Source of the DNA: an uncultured Verrucomicrobiae bacterium
Lineage (GTDB): Bacteria > Verrucomicrobiota > Verrucomicrobiia > Chthoniobacterales > JAATET01
Length of the DNA: 64,000 bases
Assembly: GCA_963719495.1 (NCBI GenBank)
Contig: CAVRCI010000014.1
Coordinates: forward strand, 166,575-230,574
Direction: 5' to 3'
Position numbers and translations under genes: made by a program. Shown here one piece after another: positions 55,322-64,000 of this stretch; within the stretch, counting starts at the first letter, position 1, and the number at the start of each line of letters is the position of its first letter. Under the pieces are notes generated by a model. The model saw only the letters and a list, made by a program, of their open reading frames with translations, made no database searches and was not told where the DNA came from.

Positions 55322-56773
55322 ATGACGGACTTCGACGACAACGACTTCGACGACGACGACTGGGACGACGAGGATGCCCCGGCGAGGGCGTTGCCCGGCG
55401 GGCCGCCGTGCATCGAGGTCTCGGGGGTGTCGAAGCGGTTCTGCCGCGACTTGAAGCGGTCGCTTTACTACGGCGTTCAGGACATCGGGCGGGAAATTGT
55501 TGGAATGCCGCCGCGCATCGGGGAACTCAAGAAGAACGAGTTCTGGGCGCTGCAGGACATTGGCTTCGAGCTGCCTCGCGGGATGGCGATGGGGTTGGTG
55601 GGGACGAACGGGAGCGGGAAGACCACGCTCATGCGGATCATGGCCGGCATCATCAAGCCGACGACGGGTTCGGTGACGGTGCGGGGTCGGTTGGCTCCAC
55701 TGCTGGCCCTCGGAGCGGGGTTCAACTCGATCCTCACGGGCCGGGAGAACATTTACACCAACATGTCGATCCTTGGCCTGACCAAGGAGGAGATCGACGA
55801 GAAGTTCGACGAGGTGGTCGAATACTCCGAGATCGGCTACGCGCTCGACGCTCCGGTGCAGACCTACAGTTCGGGGATGACGGCGCGGCTGGGGTTCGCC
55901 TGCGCGATCCACACGCAGCCCGACATCCTGCTCATGGACGAGGTGCTCGCGGTGGGCGACATGCAATTCCGCGAGAAGTGCATCAAGACACTGCAGGATC
56001 TGCGGAATGGAGGGACGTCCTTCATCATCGTCCACCACTTTCCGGACATCCTGCTGGCGGTGTGCGACCTGGCGTTTTACGTGTCCGAGGGGAAGGCCGT
56101 CCAGTTCGGGAAAGCCACCGAAGTCCTCGAATGCTACGAAGAGGACCTGCACTCCAAGCGGAAGGGCAGCACGCAGCGGCAGTCCTCGGACCAACTCGGC
56201 GTGACGGCCGAGCCGGTGATCGAGAGCGAGAAGGCGAACGTCGCCTCGGTCGACTTCTTCAACGACGACGCGCCCGAGGGTGCGGACGAGATCGAGCCTC
56301 GCATCTACAACGAAAAATCTTCGGAACTGCTCGTCGTGGTCAAAGTCGAGGACCGCGTGGATCTCATGAATCTGGCCGTGCAGGTGATGAAACTGCCGAC
56401 GCTCGAGACGATGGCGCAATCGATGACCGAGCAGCAGATTCTCAAAATGACGACCAAGAAAGATTGCTCGCGCATCGTCGAGGTCCGGAAGGGCGAATAC
56501 GAAGTGCGGTTGAAATTCCCCTGGCTCGGCCTGCTGCCCGGTCTTTACCAGACCCGGGTGTCGATTTATTCCCGCAAGACGCTGTTGGCGCGGCGGCGCG
56601 GGAAGCGGTTTCGGGTCGTCTCGGATCGGAAGGGCGGATTCGACGGGAAATTTTATCAGCCTCGCGAATGGGATCTGGGCATCGAGACTGGGACGAGGGA
56701 GCGCGGGGCGGCCAAGCGGCGGAAGAAGAAGCTCGAGGAGCAAGCCGTCGCGGAGAGCGAAAATCCTTCATGA
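55322..56773 (+). CDS. wzt: Polysaccharide ABC transporter ATPase with C-terminal domain (Wzt-like)
   Basis: GTNGSGKTT, YSSGM, DEVLAVGD, C-terminal extension. Confidence 0.9.
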   Translation: MTDFDDNDFDDDDWDDEDAPARALPGGPPCIEVSGVSKRFCRDLKRSLYYGVQDIGREIVGMPPRIGELKKNEFWALQDIGFELPRGMAMGLVGTNGSGKTTLMRIMAGIIKPTTGSVTVRGRLAPLLALGAGFNSILTGRENIYTNMSILGLTKEEIDEKFDEVVEYSEIGYALDAPVQTYSSGMTARLGFACAIHTQPDILLMDEVLAVGDMQFREKCIKTLQDLRNGGTSFIIVHHFPDILLAVCDLAFYVSEGKAVQFGKATEVLECYEEDLHSKRKGSTQRQSSDQLGVTAEPVIESEKANVASVDFFNDDAPEGADEIEPRIYNEKSSELLVVVKVEDRVDLMNLAVQVMKLPTLETMAQSMTEQQILKMTTKKDCSRIVEVRKGEYEVRLKFPWLGLLPGLYQTRVSIYSRKTLLARRRGKRFRVVSDRKGGFDGKFYQPREWDLGIETGTRERGAAKRRKKKLEEQAVAESENPS

Positions 56774-57768
56774 CCGGGACGCCGAGCAAGCCGGAACCCG
56801 GCGCGCCACCGCCGCTTGGTCTGATGCGGCGGGCGAACAAGTGGGCGAACACCCGGTTCGATTGGACGTGTCAGAATTGCCTGAACCAATTCCCGCGCCG
56901 GATGGGAAATCTTCGGCAATACCCCGCTCAGCCGATCGTGCAGGAGCCGCTCGATCTCACCGAATCGACCGGGCGCTACCCGTCGATCTCGATCGTGACG
57001 CCGACGTTCAATCAGGCGAATTTCATCGAGCGGACCATTCGCAGCGTGATGGATCAAGCCTACCCGCGGCTGCGTTACGCGGTTTACGACGGCGCCTCGA
57101 CCGACGAGACCGTCGGGGTGATCAGGCCTTTGGCCGAAGAATATCGGTTCCAGTGGAAATCCGAGAAGGACAGCGGACAGGCCGACGCGATCAACAAAGC
57201 CTTCTCGATGGTCGACGGCGAGATCATGGCCTGGCTCAACTCCGACGATTTGTTCATGCCGCGGGCTTTGCTTTACGTGGGGAGTTACTTCGACCGGCAT
57301 CCGGACGTCGACGTGATCTATGGGCACCGGATTCTGGTGAACGAGCACGACGAGGAGATCGGGCGGTGGGTGACTCCGCCCTACCGCGAGGAGGCGCTCA
57401 CGTATTTCGATTACGTGCCGCAGGAGACCTTGTTCTGGCGGCGGCGGATCTGGGACAAGGTCGGCGGCGAGCTGAACGTGAATTTCCACTTCGCGCTCGA
57501 CTGGGATTTGCTCCAGCGATTCCGCGACGCCGGGGCCAACATCGTGCGGGTGCCGCGTTTTCTCGGATGCTTCCGGGTGCACGCCGAGCAGAAGACCTCG
57601 GCAAAAATGGCGGACGTGGGTAAGACGGAGATGAGCTGGTTGCGCCCGGATTTCGCGGCTGAGCCCGAGCGTCGGCGGCGGATGACGCGCCTGTATTACG
57701 CCGAGCAGTTTCGCTCGCAGTTGAGCCGATTCCTGATGATGGGCGGCGTGCGAAAGGAGTGGCTGTGA
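56770..57768 (+). CDS. Glycosyltransferase family 2
   Basis: SIVTPTFNQ, DGASTD, WLNSDD. Confidence 0.9.
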   Translation: MTGTPSKPEPGAPPPLGLMRRANKWANTRFDWTCQNCLNQFPRRMGNLRQYPAQPIVQEPLDLTESTGRYPSISIVTPTFNQANFIERTIRSVMDQAYPRLRYAVYDGASTDETVGVIRPLAEEYRFQWKSEKDSGQADAINKAFSMVDGEIMAWLNSDDLFMPRALLYVGSYFDRHPDVDVIYGHRILVNEHDEEIGRWVTPPYREEALTYFDYVPQETLFWRRRIWDKVGGELNVNFHFALDWDLLQRFRDAGANIVRVPRFLGCFRVHAEQKTSAKMADVGKTEMSWLRPDFAAEPERRRRMTRLYYAEQFRSQLSRFLMMGGVRKEWL

Positions 57769-58526
57769 GCGGTGGGGCAACGAAAGGAGCGCGGGTGGTC
57801 GCCGAGCCGGCGTTCGTGTTTCATCAGCTGCCGGGGTGCGGTTCGAAGGAAATGGTCGAGTTCATCTACTCGAATTTCGCGGTCGTCCACGACGAGCCGG
57901 ACGCGACCGGCGGGGCTCCGGAGGCGGGTGAGCCCGTGCGACCGGTCGATCCGGCCTGGTTGTCGGCGGCGAAGCTCTTCCTCTTTCGGTCGCACTTCCG
58001 GCCCGGCGGAGTGTTCATCGAGAAGCTGTATCCCGAATTCTTCGCGGACGACCGCTTCGAGACGATCCTGTTCGTCGACGAGCCACTGCGGTTGGCGGCG
58101 GTCACGTATCTGCACGTCTCGCGCCGGGGCGATCCGGCCTGCCCGGCGACGTTCGGGAAATTTCTGCGCACGCGCCGCAACCCGATGGCCTGGTATCTCG
58201 GAGTGACGGCGCAGACGTTCGAAGCCGCGCTGGATCGCTACTCGTTCGTCGGCGTGAACGAGCGGAAAGCCGAGAGCATGCGGGGACTTTTTCGCGTCCT
58301 GCGCGAGGCGATCGACGGCGCGAACGAGACTCCGAACGTGCGACGAACCGGGTATCAGCTCCGCCGCTGGAGCGCCGCGCCACCCGAGCCGGATCGCGAG
58401 GTCGAGATCGAGAAATTGATGAAGTCGGCCGGCTTCCTGGATCGGTTTTTGTTCAATCGGCGGAACTCACTGGACGCGCGGATCCACCACGCGGCGTCGA
58501 AACGGTTGGAGGCATGGGCGGTATGA
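57765..58526 (+). CDS. Sulfotransferase-like protein, degenerate PAPS loop
   Basis: VFHQLPGCGS, HF, FVDEPL, NPMA, N.LD pattern shared with neighbours. Confidence 0.55.
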   Translation: MSGGATKGARVVAEPAFVFHQLPGCGSKEMVEFIYSNFAVVHDEPDATGGAPEAGEPVRPVDPAWLSAAKLFLFRSHFRPGGVFIEKLYPEFFADDRFETILFVDEPLRLAAVTYLHVSRRGDPACPATFGKFLRTRRNPMAWYLGVTAQTFEAALDRYSFVGVNERKAESMRGLFRVLREAIDGANETPNVRRTGYQLRRWSAAPPEPDREVEIEKLMKSAGFLDRFLFNRRNSLDARIHHAASKRLEAWAV

Positions 58527-59299
58527 GCGATCCGAGCGAAATGGAGCCGGTGATCGTCTTCAACCACATCCCGAAATGCTACGGCACGAGCATGCGGAAG
58601 TATTTTCGGCAGTTCACGACGCCGCATCCGGACTACGTCGCAACGTTCGACAGCAACGAGAATTTCGACGACCTCCCCTACGATCCACGCACGCTGTGCG
58701 CGGAGGATTTCCTGCTCGGGCACTTCAACAGCCCGGGTAAACATCTGGTCGACCGTTATCCGGAGACGCTGAGCAATCCGCGGTTCCGGCTGTTTACGTT
58801 TCTGCGCGAGCCGCTCGAGATGCAGACGTCGCTCTTCTATTACACGCTCCGCAAGAAGCCGCACGTGGCGGAGAAGAACCCGGATCGCTTCGAGTCGTTG
58901 GACGCTTACCTGCGGAAAACTTACAACTCGATGGCGGCGAGCTTTCCGTGCACGACGGAGAATTACCTCGAGGTGCTGGGAAGGTATTTCTTCGTGGGCG
59001 TCGCGGATCAGGTTGAATTGTCGATGCAGATTCTGGTCGACCGGGTCGTGACGATTTTCGACGAGGCGGCCCCGAGTCGGAGCGTCGAACGGGTCCGGAT
59101 GGGACTGGCGGCCGTGCGTGAGCAGGGATTGCCGCACGAGAACAAGTCGGCGCGCGACCAGCAGCAGCAGGCGCTGTCGGAGGAGACGCTGGCGATTTTT
59201 CGCGAGCGGAATCAGCTGGATTACGCGCTCTACGATCACGCGGTGAGCGCGTTGGAGGCGGCGGGGGTGAAATCAAAAGCAGTATCGCCAAACGCGTGA
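58523..59299 (+). CDS. Sulfotransferase family protein
   Basis: FNHIPKCYGTS, GHF, TFLREPL, NQLDYALY. Confidence 0.75.
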   Translation: MSDPSEMEPVIVFNHIPKCYGTSMRKYFRQFTTPHPDYVATFDSNENFDDLPYDPRTLCAEDFLLGHFNSPGKHLVDRYPETLSNPRFRLFTFLREPLEMQTSLFYYTLRKKPHVAEKNPDRFESLDAYLRKTYNSMAASFPCTTENYLEVLGRYFFVGVADQVELSMQILVDRVVTIFDEAAPSRSVERVRMGLAAVREQGLPHENKSARDQQQQALSEETLAIFRERNQLDYALYDHAVSALEAAGVKSKAVSPNA

Positions 59300-59310
59300 G
59301 CGGCCCACTT

Positions 59311-59455
59311 TGTCATTCTGAGCGGAGCGAGGAGCCACCGACCGCCTTTCATTTCTTTATGGAGTCTGAAAGGCAATCTCTGGCTTCTGTATTCTCAGCG
59401 TCGCTTGTTGGTCGGGGTGAGGAGCCAGAGATTCTTCGCTTCGCTCAGAATGACA
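59311..59455. repeat. 145-bp inverted-repeat element (TGTCATTCTGAGCG...CGCTCAGAATGACA)
   Basis: Terminal inverted repeats of about 23 bp; half copy at 17713-17755. Confidence 0.8.
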
Positions 59456-59510
59456 GATCTTGGATGGGGCGCTGATGCGCCGGTCGGTGCGTGAGCCACA
59501 TTTTAATTTT

Positions 59511-60200
59511 ATGGAAAAGACATCCTACATCTACCAGCACGTGCCGAAGTGCGCGGGGCAGTCATTTCGTGAGGTTTTTCGGGGGCTTGGGCTCGAGTTG
59601 ATTTTGGAGAAGCCGCCGGGGAAGGCGAACGAGGCGAAGTGGGAAGCCTTCCGGACGAACAAGATCGACCTTGCTTCGAAGCCGACGGACACGATGGTCT
59701 GCGGCCACTTGATCCACGATGGGATCCGGCCGCGGGAGCGTTACGCGGAGGAGATCGCGCGGGGGAACGTCCGGATCGTGACTCTGCTGCGGGATCCGAT
59801 GGAGCGGGCGATTTCGGCTTACTTTTACCGTCAGCGCCAGGGCAAGGAAGTCGTTCCGACCGTCGAGGATCATCTGCGAAAGATGAAGAACCCGATGTCC
59901 CATCACCTGGGATTCTACGAGTTCGACGGCGAGATGCGCGGGTTTCTGGAGACGTATTTCTTCGTCGCGGTCTCCGAGTATTTGCAGGCCTCGGTGAACT
60001 TGGTCGCGAAGTTGATGGAGCGCGAGCCGGTCGAGGTGCCGCGGATCAACGCGACGGCGCGCAAGCCCTACGAGGTGTCCGACGAGGTGCGCGGGATCTT
60101 CCGCGCTCAGAACGAACTGGACTACGAAATGTATCACGACGCGATCGCGCTGCTCGGCGAACGGCATCAGGCCGTGTTGGGCGAGCCCTTGGTGAAGTAG
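59511..60200 (+). CDS. Sulfotransferase family protein
   Basis: HVPKCAGQS, GH, TLLRDPMERAISAY, NELDYEMY. Confidence 0.8.
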   Translation: MEKTSYIYQHVPKCAGQSFREVFRGLGLELILEKPPGKANEAKWEAFRTNKIDLASKPTDTMVCGHLIHDGIRPRERYAEEIARGNVRIVTLLRDPMERAISAYFYRQRQGKEVVPTVEDHLRKMKNPMSHHLGFYEFDGEMRGFLETYFFVAVSEYLQASVNLVAKLMEREPVEVPRINATARKPYEVSDEVRGIFRAQNELDYEMYHDAIALLGERHQAVLGEPLVK

Positions 60201-60202
60201 GT

Positions 60203-61723
60203 TTGGATGGCTATCTCCGTCGTTCCGACCAGGTGAAAGACCGGGAATCGGCGGGAACGGTCTTCGTTCGAGTGCCGGGGGTGCCAGCGTTGGCGCTGGG
60301 TCACCTCCTGCGGGCGGTTTTCCGCTGCCGCGAGGATCTGCCGGGGGATCTGGCGGGGAAGGATCCGGTGACTGTGCCGGAGGGATTGATCGATTCCGAG
60401 ACCGCGCTCTGCGGGTATTTTGGTGGGAAGCGGGCTGAGTCCTACCGACGCCTGGTTCGCAATCGGGCGGCATTTCGGGTGACGGCGATCGCTGAGCCGC
60501 TTGCCGTGCAGTGCGTGGTGTATCGCCATCTGGTGGCGGCGCAACCCGGTCTGATGGAACGGCGACCGGGTGTGTTCGGGTCGCTCGATGCGTTCCTGAA
60601 TTCGCGGCGCGACGAGGTGACGCGTGAGTTGGCGCGGGTGCTGGGTAAGCGGCGGGTCGGGGTCGAGGATTTCGACGTGGTCGTGGTCGAAGAGCGGATG
60701 GAGGAGTCGCTGCGGGCCTTCGCGTTGGCGGCGAGACATTGGGCCTCGTCCGAGCGGGTGAAAGCCCTGCTGCGGGCGGCGACCCGGTTCGGGGGCTCGC
60801 TGGTCGAGGAGTTCGGCGGATGCCCTCGCGCGGATTCGCCGAGCCCGACGGTGGCGGAGACTTTTCGACGGCAGAACCGGGAGGACTACGCGTTTTATGA
60901 TCGGGCGATTGCCAACCTGGCGGGTCCGAGAGCGGGGCGGCGGGCGGACCGCGGGCTGATTCTGCGACGGTGGCGGGTCGCCGCGCCGGACCGGGGGCCG
61001 GTGTTTGTTTTCAATCATTTGCCAAAGTCCTACGGCACGAGCCTCCGGCAATTCTTCGGGCGGGTCTTCGGGATGGCCGAGGACCACACGGAGTTTTTGG
61101 GGGAGGCCGGTGTCGTCGATGATCTCCCGTTCGCGACCGAGCGGCTGACGGCGGACTCGCTGCTCTGCGGGCATTTCACGCACGGGGCGTTTTTATTGCC
61201 GCGGCGGTATCCGGGCGTTTGGGCCGACGCGGAGCGGTTTCAGCTCTTCACGTTCGTGCGGGATCCGCTGGCGACGGCGGTTTCGAATTTTCACCACGTC
61301 CGGCGACACGACGCGGCGGCGGTGGCGCGGGAGCCGGGCCTTTACGGGTCGGTCGGGAGTTACCTCGCAGCGCTGCAAAACCCGATTGCGAAGCGGCTCG
61401 GGTGCGACGCCGGGTCGGTGGATGCGGTCCTCGGGCGCTACTTTTTCGTCGGCTCCGCGGAGGATCACGTGGCGGGGTTGCCGATCCTGCTGAATCGGAT
61501 GCGGGGCGTGCTGGACGGAGCGGCGCCGAGCGCTTCGGTGGCCCGGGCGCGAGCGGCCATCGAGTGGTTGGCGGGCCAGCCGCTGGAGCGGACGAACGCC
61601 CGGTCGGCGAGCGACGGAGACGAGGTGCCGGGGGTGGTCGCGGCGGAATTCCAGCGGGTGAACGCGCTCGATTACGAGATTTATCGCCGGGCCCGCGGGG
61701 CGGCGGAAGAGGCAAGTGCTTGA
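60203..61723 (+). CDS. Tandem sulfotransferase-like domain protein
   Basis: Degenerate N-domain (FVRVPG...AEPL...NREDYAFY) plus intact domain (FNHLPKSYGTS, TFVRDPL, NALDYEIY); TTG start inferred. Confidence 0.7.
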   Translation: MDGYLRRSDQVKDRESAGTVFVRVPGVPALALGHLLRAVFRCREDLPGDLAGKDPVTVPEGLIDSETALCGYFGGKRAESYRRLVRNRAAFRVTAIAEPLAVQCVVYRHLVAAQPGLMERRPGVFGSLDAFLNSRRDEVTRELARVLGKRRVGVEDFDVVVVEERMEESLRAFALAARHWASSERVKALLRAATRFGGSLVEEFGGCPRADSPSPTVAETFRRQNREDYAFYDRAIANLAGPRAGRRADRGLILRRWRVAAPDRGPVFVFNHLPKSYGTSLRQFFGRVFGMAEDHTEFLGEAGVVDDLPFATERLTADSLLCGHFTHGAFLLPRRYPGVWADAERFQLFTFVRDPLATAVSNFHHVRRHDAAAVAREPGLYGSVGSYLAALQNPIAKRLGCDAGSVDAVLGRYFFVGSAEDHVAGLPILLNRMRGVLDGAAPSASVARARAAIEWLAGQPLERTNARSASDGDEVPGVVAAEFQRVNALDYEIYRRARGAAEEASA

Positions 61724-61760
61724 AAAACGGATGGGGGTTTCGCATTAAAGGCGGCCCGCG

Positions 61761-63734
61761 GTGGAATATATGAGTTATCTGGAGACCCTCAACGAACGGG
61801 CGGCGAAGCTGCGCGTGCAGCTCAACGACCTCGTCAAGGCCGACAAGCCGGAGCCTCGCTACGACGCGGCGGCGGGTCTGCCGGACTGGGAATTCGAGCG
61901 GGCGAAGCTGCTCACGTCCCTCGAAGTCGACCTGATGGTGACGCACGTGGAGGTGAACGACCTGCACGGGACGGGCATTCTCATCAAGCGGATGTTCCCG
62001 GATTGGCGGCGGATCATGCACGTCTGGACGTGCAAGGCGTATCCGGTGAACGATTTCGGCATCGTCCAAATGTTCATCAGCGGGTGGAAGGCGAGCCGCT
62101 ACCGGATGTATTCGACCGGGCTGGAGGGTCTGCGGCCCTACCAGATTCGGCGGGTGATGTGCGTGCCGTTCAGCGTCGAGGACGTCTATCTGGCGATGGC
62201 GGCGGCGGACACGCGCGGCGTGCCCTTGATGATCTACATCATGGACGACCAGAATCTGACAAATCACCGGATTCCGGATTCGGTGATGCGCGAGGCGCTC
62301 GAGAAGGCGGACGTGGTGTTCGTGATTTCGCCCGAGATGCGGGACGCCTACGAGACGAAGTTTGGGATCAAGACCTTCGTCCTGCCGCCGGTGGTGCGGG
62401 CGGGGGATCTGCGGGCGGAGCCGGTCGCGGAGGCGGGCGTGGAGTTCAAAAACACGGGCGTCCTGCTGGGGAACATCTGGAACAAGACGTGGCTGGACGA
62501 GATCCGGCACGTGATCCGGGATTCGGGAAAAAAAATTCATTGGTATGGGAATGCCGGGAAGTTCGTCGACTTCGACGAGGCCGATCTGGAGCGCGACGGG
62601 ATCGTTTACAAGGGAGCGTTGCCGGAGCGGGAGATCTGCTCCGAGATTCGCAAATACGCGTTCGGCGTGTTGCCGTCGTCGCCGGACGACCAGGAAGATT
62701 GGCTGGCCAAATACAGCATCCCGACGCGGCTTGTCACGAGCGTGGCGGCGGGGAACCTGCCAATGATCGTGATCGGCAGCGAGCAGTCGGCCTCGAGTCA
62801 GTTCGTGAAGCGTTTCGGCGTCGGGTCGATTTGCCCCTACGATTCTGCGGCCTTTGCGGCGGCCGTGGACGCGATCAATCTCCCGGAGCGTCAGCTCGAA
62901 GTGCGAAAGATCGCGGCGGATTGCGCGGGGTTGTTCTCGGATGCGGGGTTGGACGAGTGGTTGTGGGCGAGTCTGGCGAAGGGCTCTCCGGAAGACGACC
63001 GGTTCGAGGCGGCCTTTGCGCCGACGAGCGGCGACACGAGCGTGTGGATGGAGCAGGCCGCGCCGAGCGACATCTACCACGGACTGCACGAGTCGTATTT
63101 CCCCTACCGGCGGCTGGCGCGGCTGGGTTACCAACCGGACTTCTTCCTGGACGTTGGCGCTTCGAACGGAGTGTTTTCGGATCTGATTTCGCGCGTTTTC
63201 CCGCAGACCCGGCAGATTCTCGTCGAGCCACTGGCCGACATTTACCGCGAGAAGAGCTCGTATTTCTTCGACAAACACCCGGAGTTCGAGTTGCTCCAAG
63301 TGGCGATGAGCGACGAGCCCGGCGAGGCGACGTTCCACGTGTCGGAGGATCTTTTCAACAGCAGTCTCATCGCGGAAAGCCTCCCGGAAGCCGGGCGTCC
63401 GGTGACGGTGCCGATCAAGACGTTGGACGGCATCGCCGGGGAGCTGGCGATCGAGGGGCGCGGCCTGATCAAGGTCGACGTCCAGTGCGCGGAGCACAAG
63501 GTGCTGGCGGGCGGCGCGAAATTTCTCGAGCAGGTCGACGGCGTTCTGCTGGAGCTCACCCTCAAGCGACTGGCTCCGGAGGCGAAAGTGTTCAGCGAAA
63601 TGCTGGAGTTGCTCGATTCTCTGGGCTTCCGTTACTTTGACGAGTGCGGTGGTTGGCGGTCACCGCGGGACGGACGGCTCGAGCAGAAGGACGTGTTGTT
63701 CCTGCGCAAGGGACTGCTGGAACCCAAGGAATAG
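61761..63734 (+). CDS. GT-B glycosyltransferase fused to FkbM-family methyltransferase
   Basis: GT-B-like N-terminal part (YSIPTRL); C-terminal LDVGASNG, VEP, LIKVDVQCAE. Confidence 0.8.
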   Translation: MEYMSYLETLNERAAKLRVQLNDLVKADKPEPRYDAAAGLPDWEFERAKLLTSLEVDLMVTHVEVNDLHGTGILIKRMFPDWRRIMHVWTCKAYPVNDFGIVQMFISGWKASRYRMYSTGLEGLRPYQIRRVMCVPFSVEDVYLAMAAADTRGVPLMIYIMDDQNLTNHRIPDSVMREALEKADVVFVISPEMRDAYETKFGIKTFVLPPVVRAGDLRAEPVAEAGVEFKNTGVLLGNIWNKTWLDEIRHVIRDSGKKIHWYGNAGKFVDFDEADLERDGIVYKGALPEREICSEIRKYAFGVLPSSPDDQEDWLAKYSIPTRLVTSVAAGNLPMIVIGSEQSASSQFVKRFGVGSICPYDSAAFAAAVDAINLPERQLEVRKIAADCAGLFSDAGLDEWLWASLAKGSPEDDRFEAAFAPTSGDTSVWMEQAAPSDIYHGLHESYFPYRRLARLGYQPDFFLDVGASNGVFSDLISRVFPQTRQILVEPLADIYREKSSYFFDKHPEFELLQVAMSDEPGEATFHVSEDLFNSSLIAESLPEAGRPVTVPIKTLDGIAGELAIEGRGLIKVDVQCAEHKVLAGGAKFLEQVDGVLLELTLKRLAPEAKVFSEMLELLDSLGFRYFDECGGWRSPRDGRLEQKDVLFLRKGLLEPKE

Positions 63735-63742
63735 GACGAACG

Positions 63743-64000
63743 ATGTTGGAAATGATCACGAGGCCGATGGGCCGTCTTCGGAAGCTGGCGGATTACGCGG
63801 CGGACTTGCTGGAAAAAATCCGCAAGATCAACGCGCTGGAGCTGCACTTCGAAAACCAGAACGCGACGCTCTTCGGGACGACGGAAATCATTCGCCGACT
63901 CAACGAATTCGAGAAGCTGCGCGTCGAGTTGCAAAAAGCGAATCAGCTGATGAACGCTACGGCGGCGGAGTTGGCGGCGTTCAGCGACAAGAACGACAAA
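63743..64000 (+). CDS. Coiled-coil protein (partial)
   Basis: Open frame MLEMITRPMGRLRKLADY... continuing to the window end. Confidence 0.6.
   Translation, partial: MLEMITRPMGRLRKLADYAADLLEKIRKINALELHFENQNATLFGTTEIIRRLNEFEKLRVELQKANQLMNATAAELAAFSDKNDK

Noticed and set aside
21262..63640. Many long antisense or alternate-frame ORFs (e.g. 21262-23232, 24633-26612, 46098-48017, 52125-54041, 61248-63497)
   Set aside because: Shadow ORFs of high-GC genes; Arg/Pro/Gly-rich with no motifs

Overview
GC-rich bacterial chromosome segment. The pilin-like tails, REP-type palindromes and ACIII-type genes suggest a PVC/Verrucomicrobiota-like organism, but that is inference only. Contents in order: (1) 1-4175, an unsaturated-uronate catabolic operon (XRE-cupin regulator, GH88, cupin, Gfo/Idh/MocA, SDR). 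(2) 4254-17435, a type I restriction-modification defence island. Its hsdM is split by an ISKra4-like IS. The hsdS-hsdR gap holds cargo genes (Abi_C protein, unknown 343 aa protein, Zn-deaminase/HATPase_c_4/wHTH fusion, chimeric wHTH ORF) separated by extra copies of the hsdS 3' end and hsdR 5' end, plus a 62-bp-period palindromic mini-array. All three hsd genes carry in-frame REP-like hairpins. (3) An ISAs1-split pilin-tailed lipoprotein, glyQS, gadB, membrane-anchored GspE/PilB, CvpA, ndk and a CDF transporter with a 50-bp perfect palindrome. (4) A partial respiratory cluster (ActE/ActF-like, His-less CcoN paralogue, CcoO-like, cytochrome c, CoxB). (5) An IS1202/IS481-like element with a 17-bp TSD, esterases, typA, two matrixin proteases and nadE. 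(6) The start of a Wzm/Wzt surface-polysaccharide locus with five sulfotransferase-like domains. The best candidate for a new system is the deaminase-effector cassette within the hsdS/hsdR repeat-bounded cargo array. All family calls come from motif recognition by eye; no searches were run.
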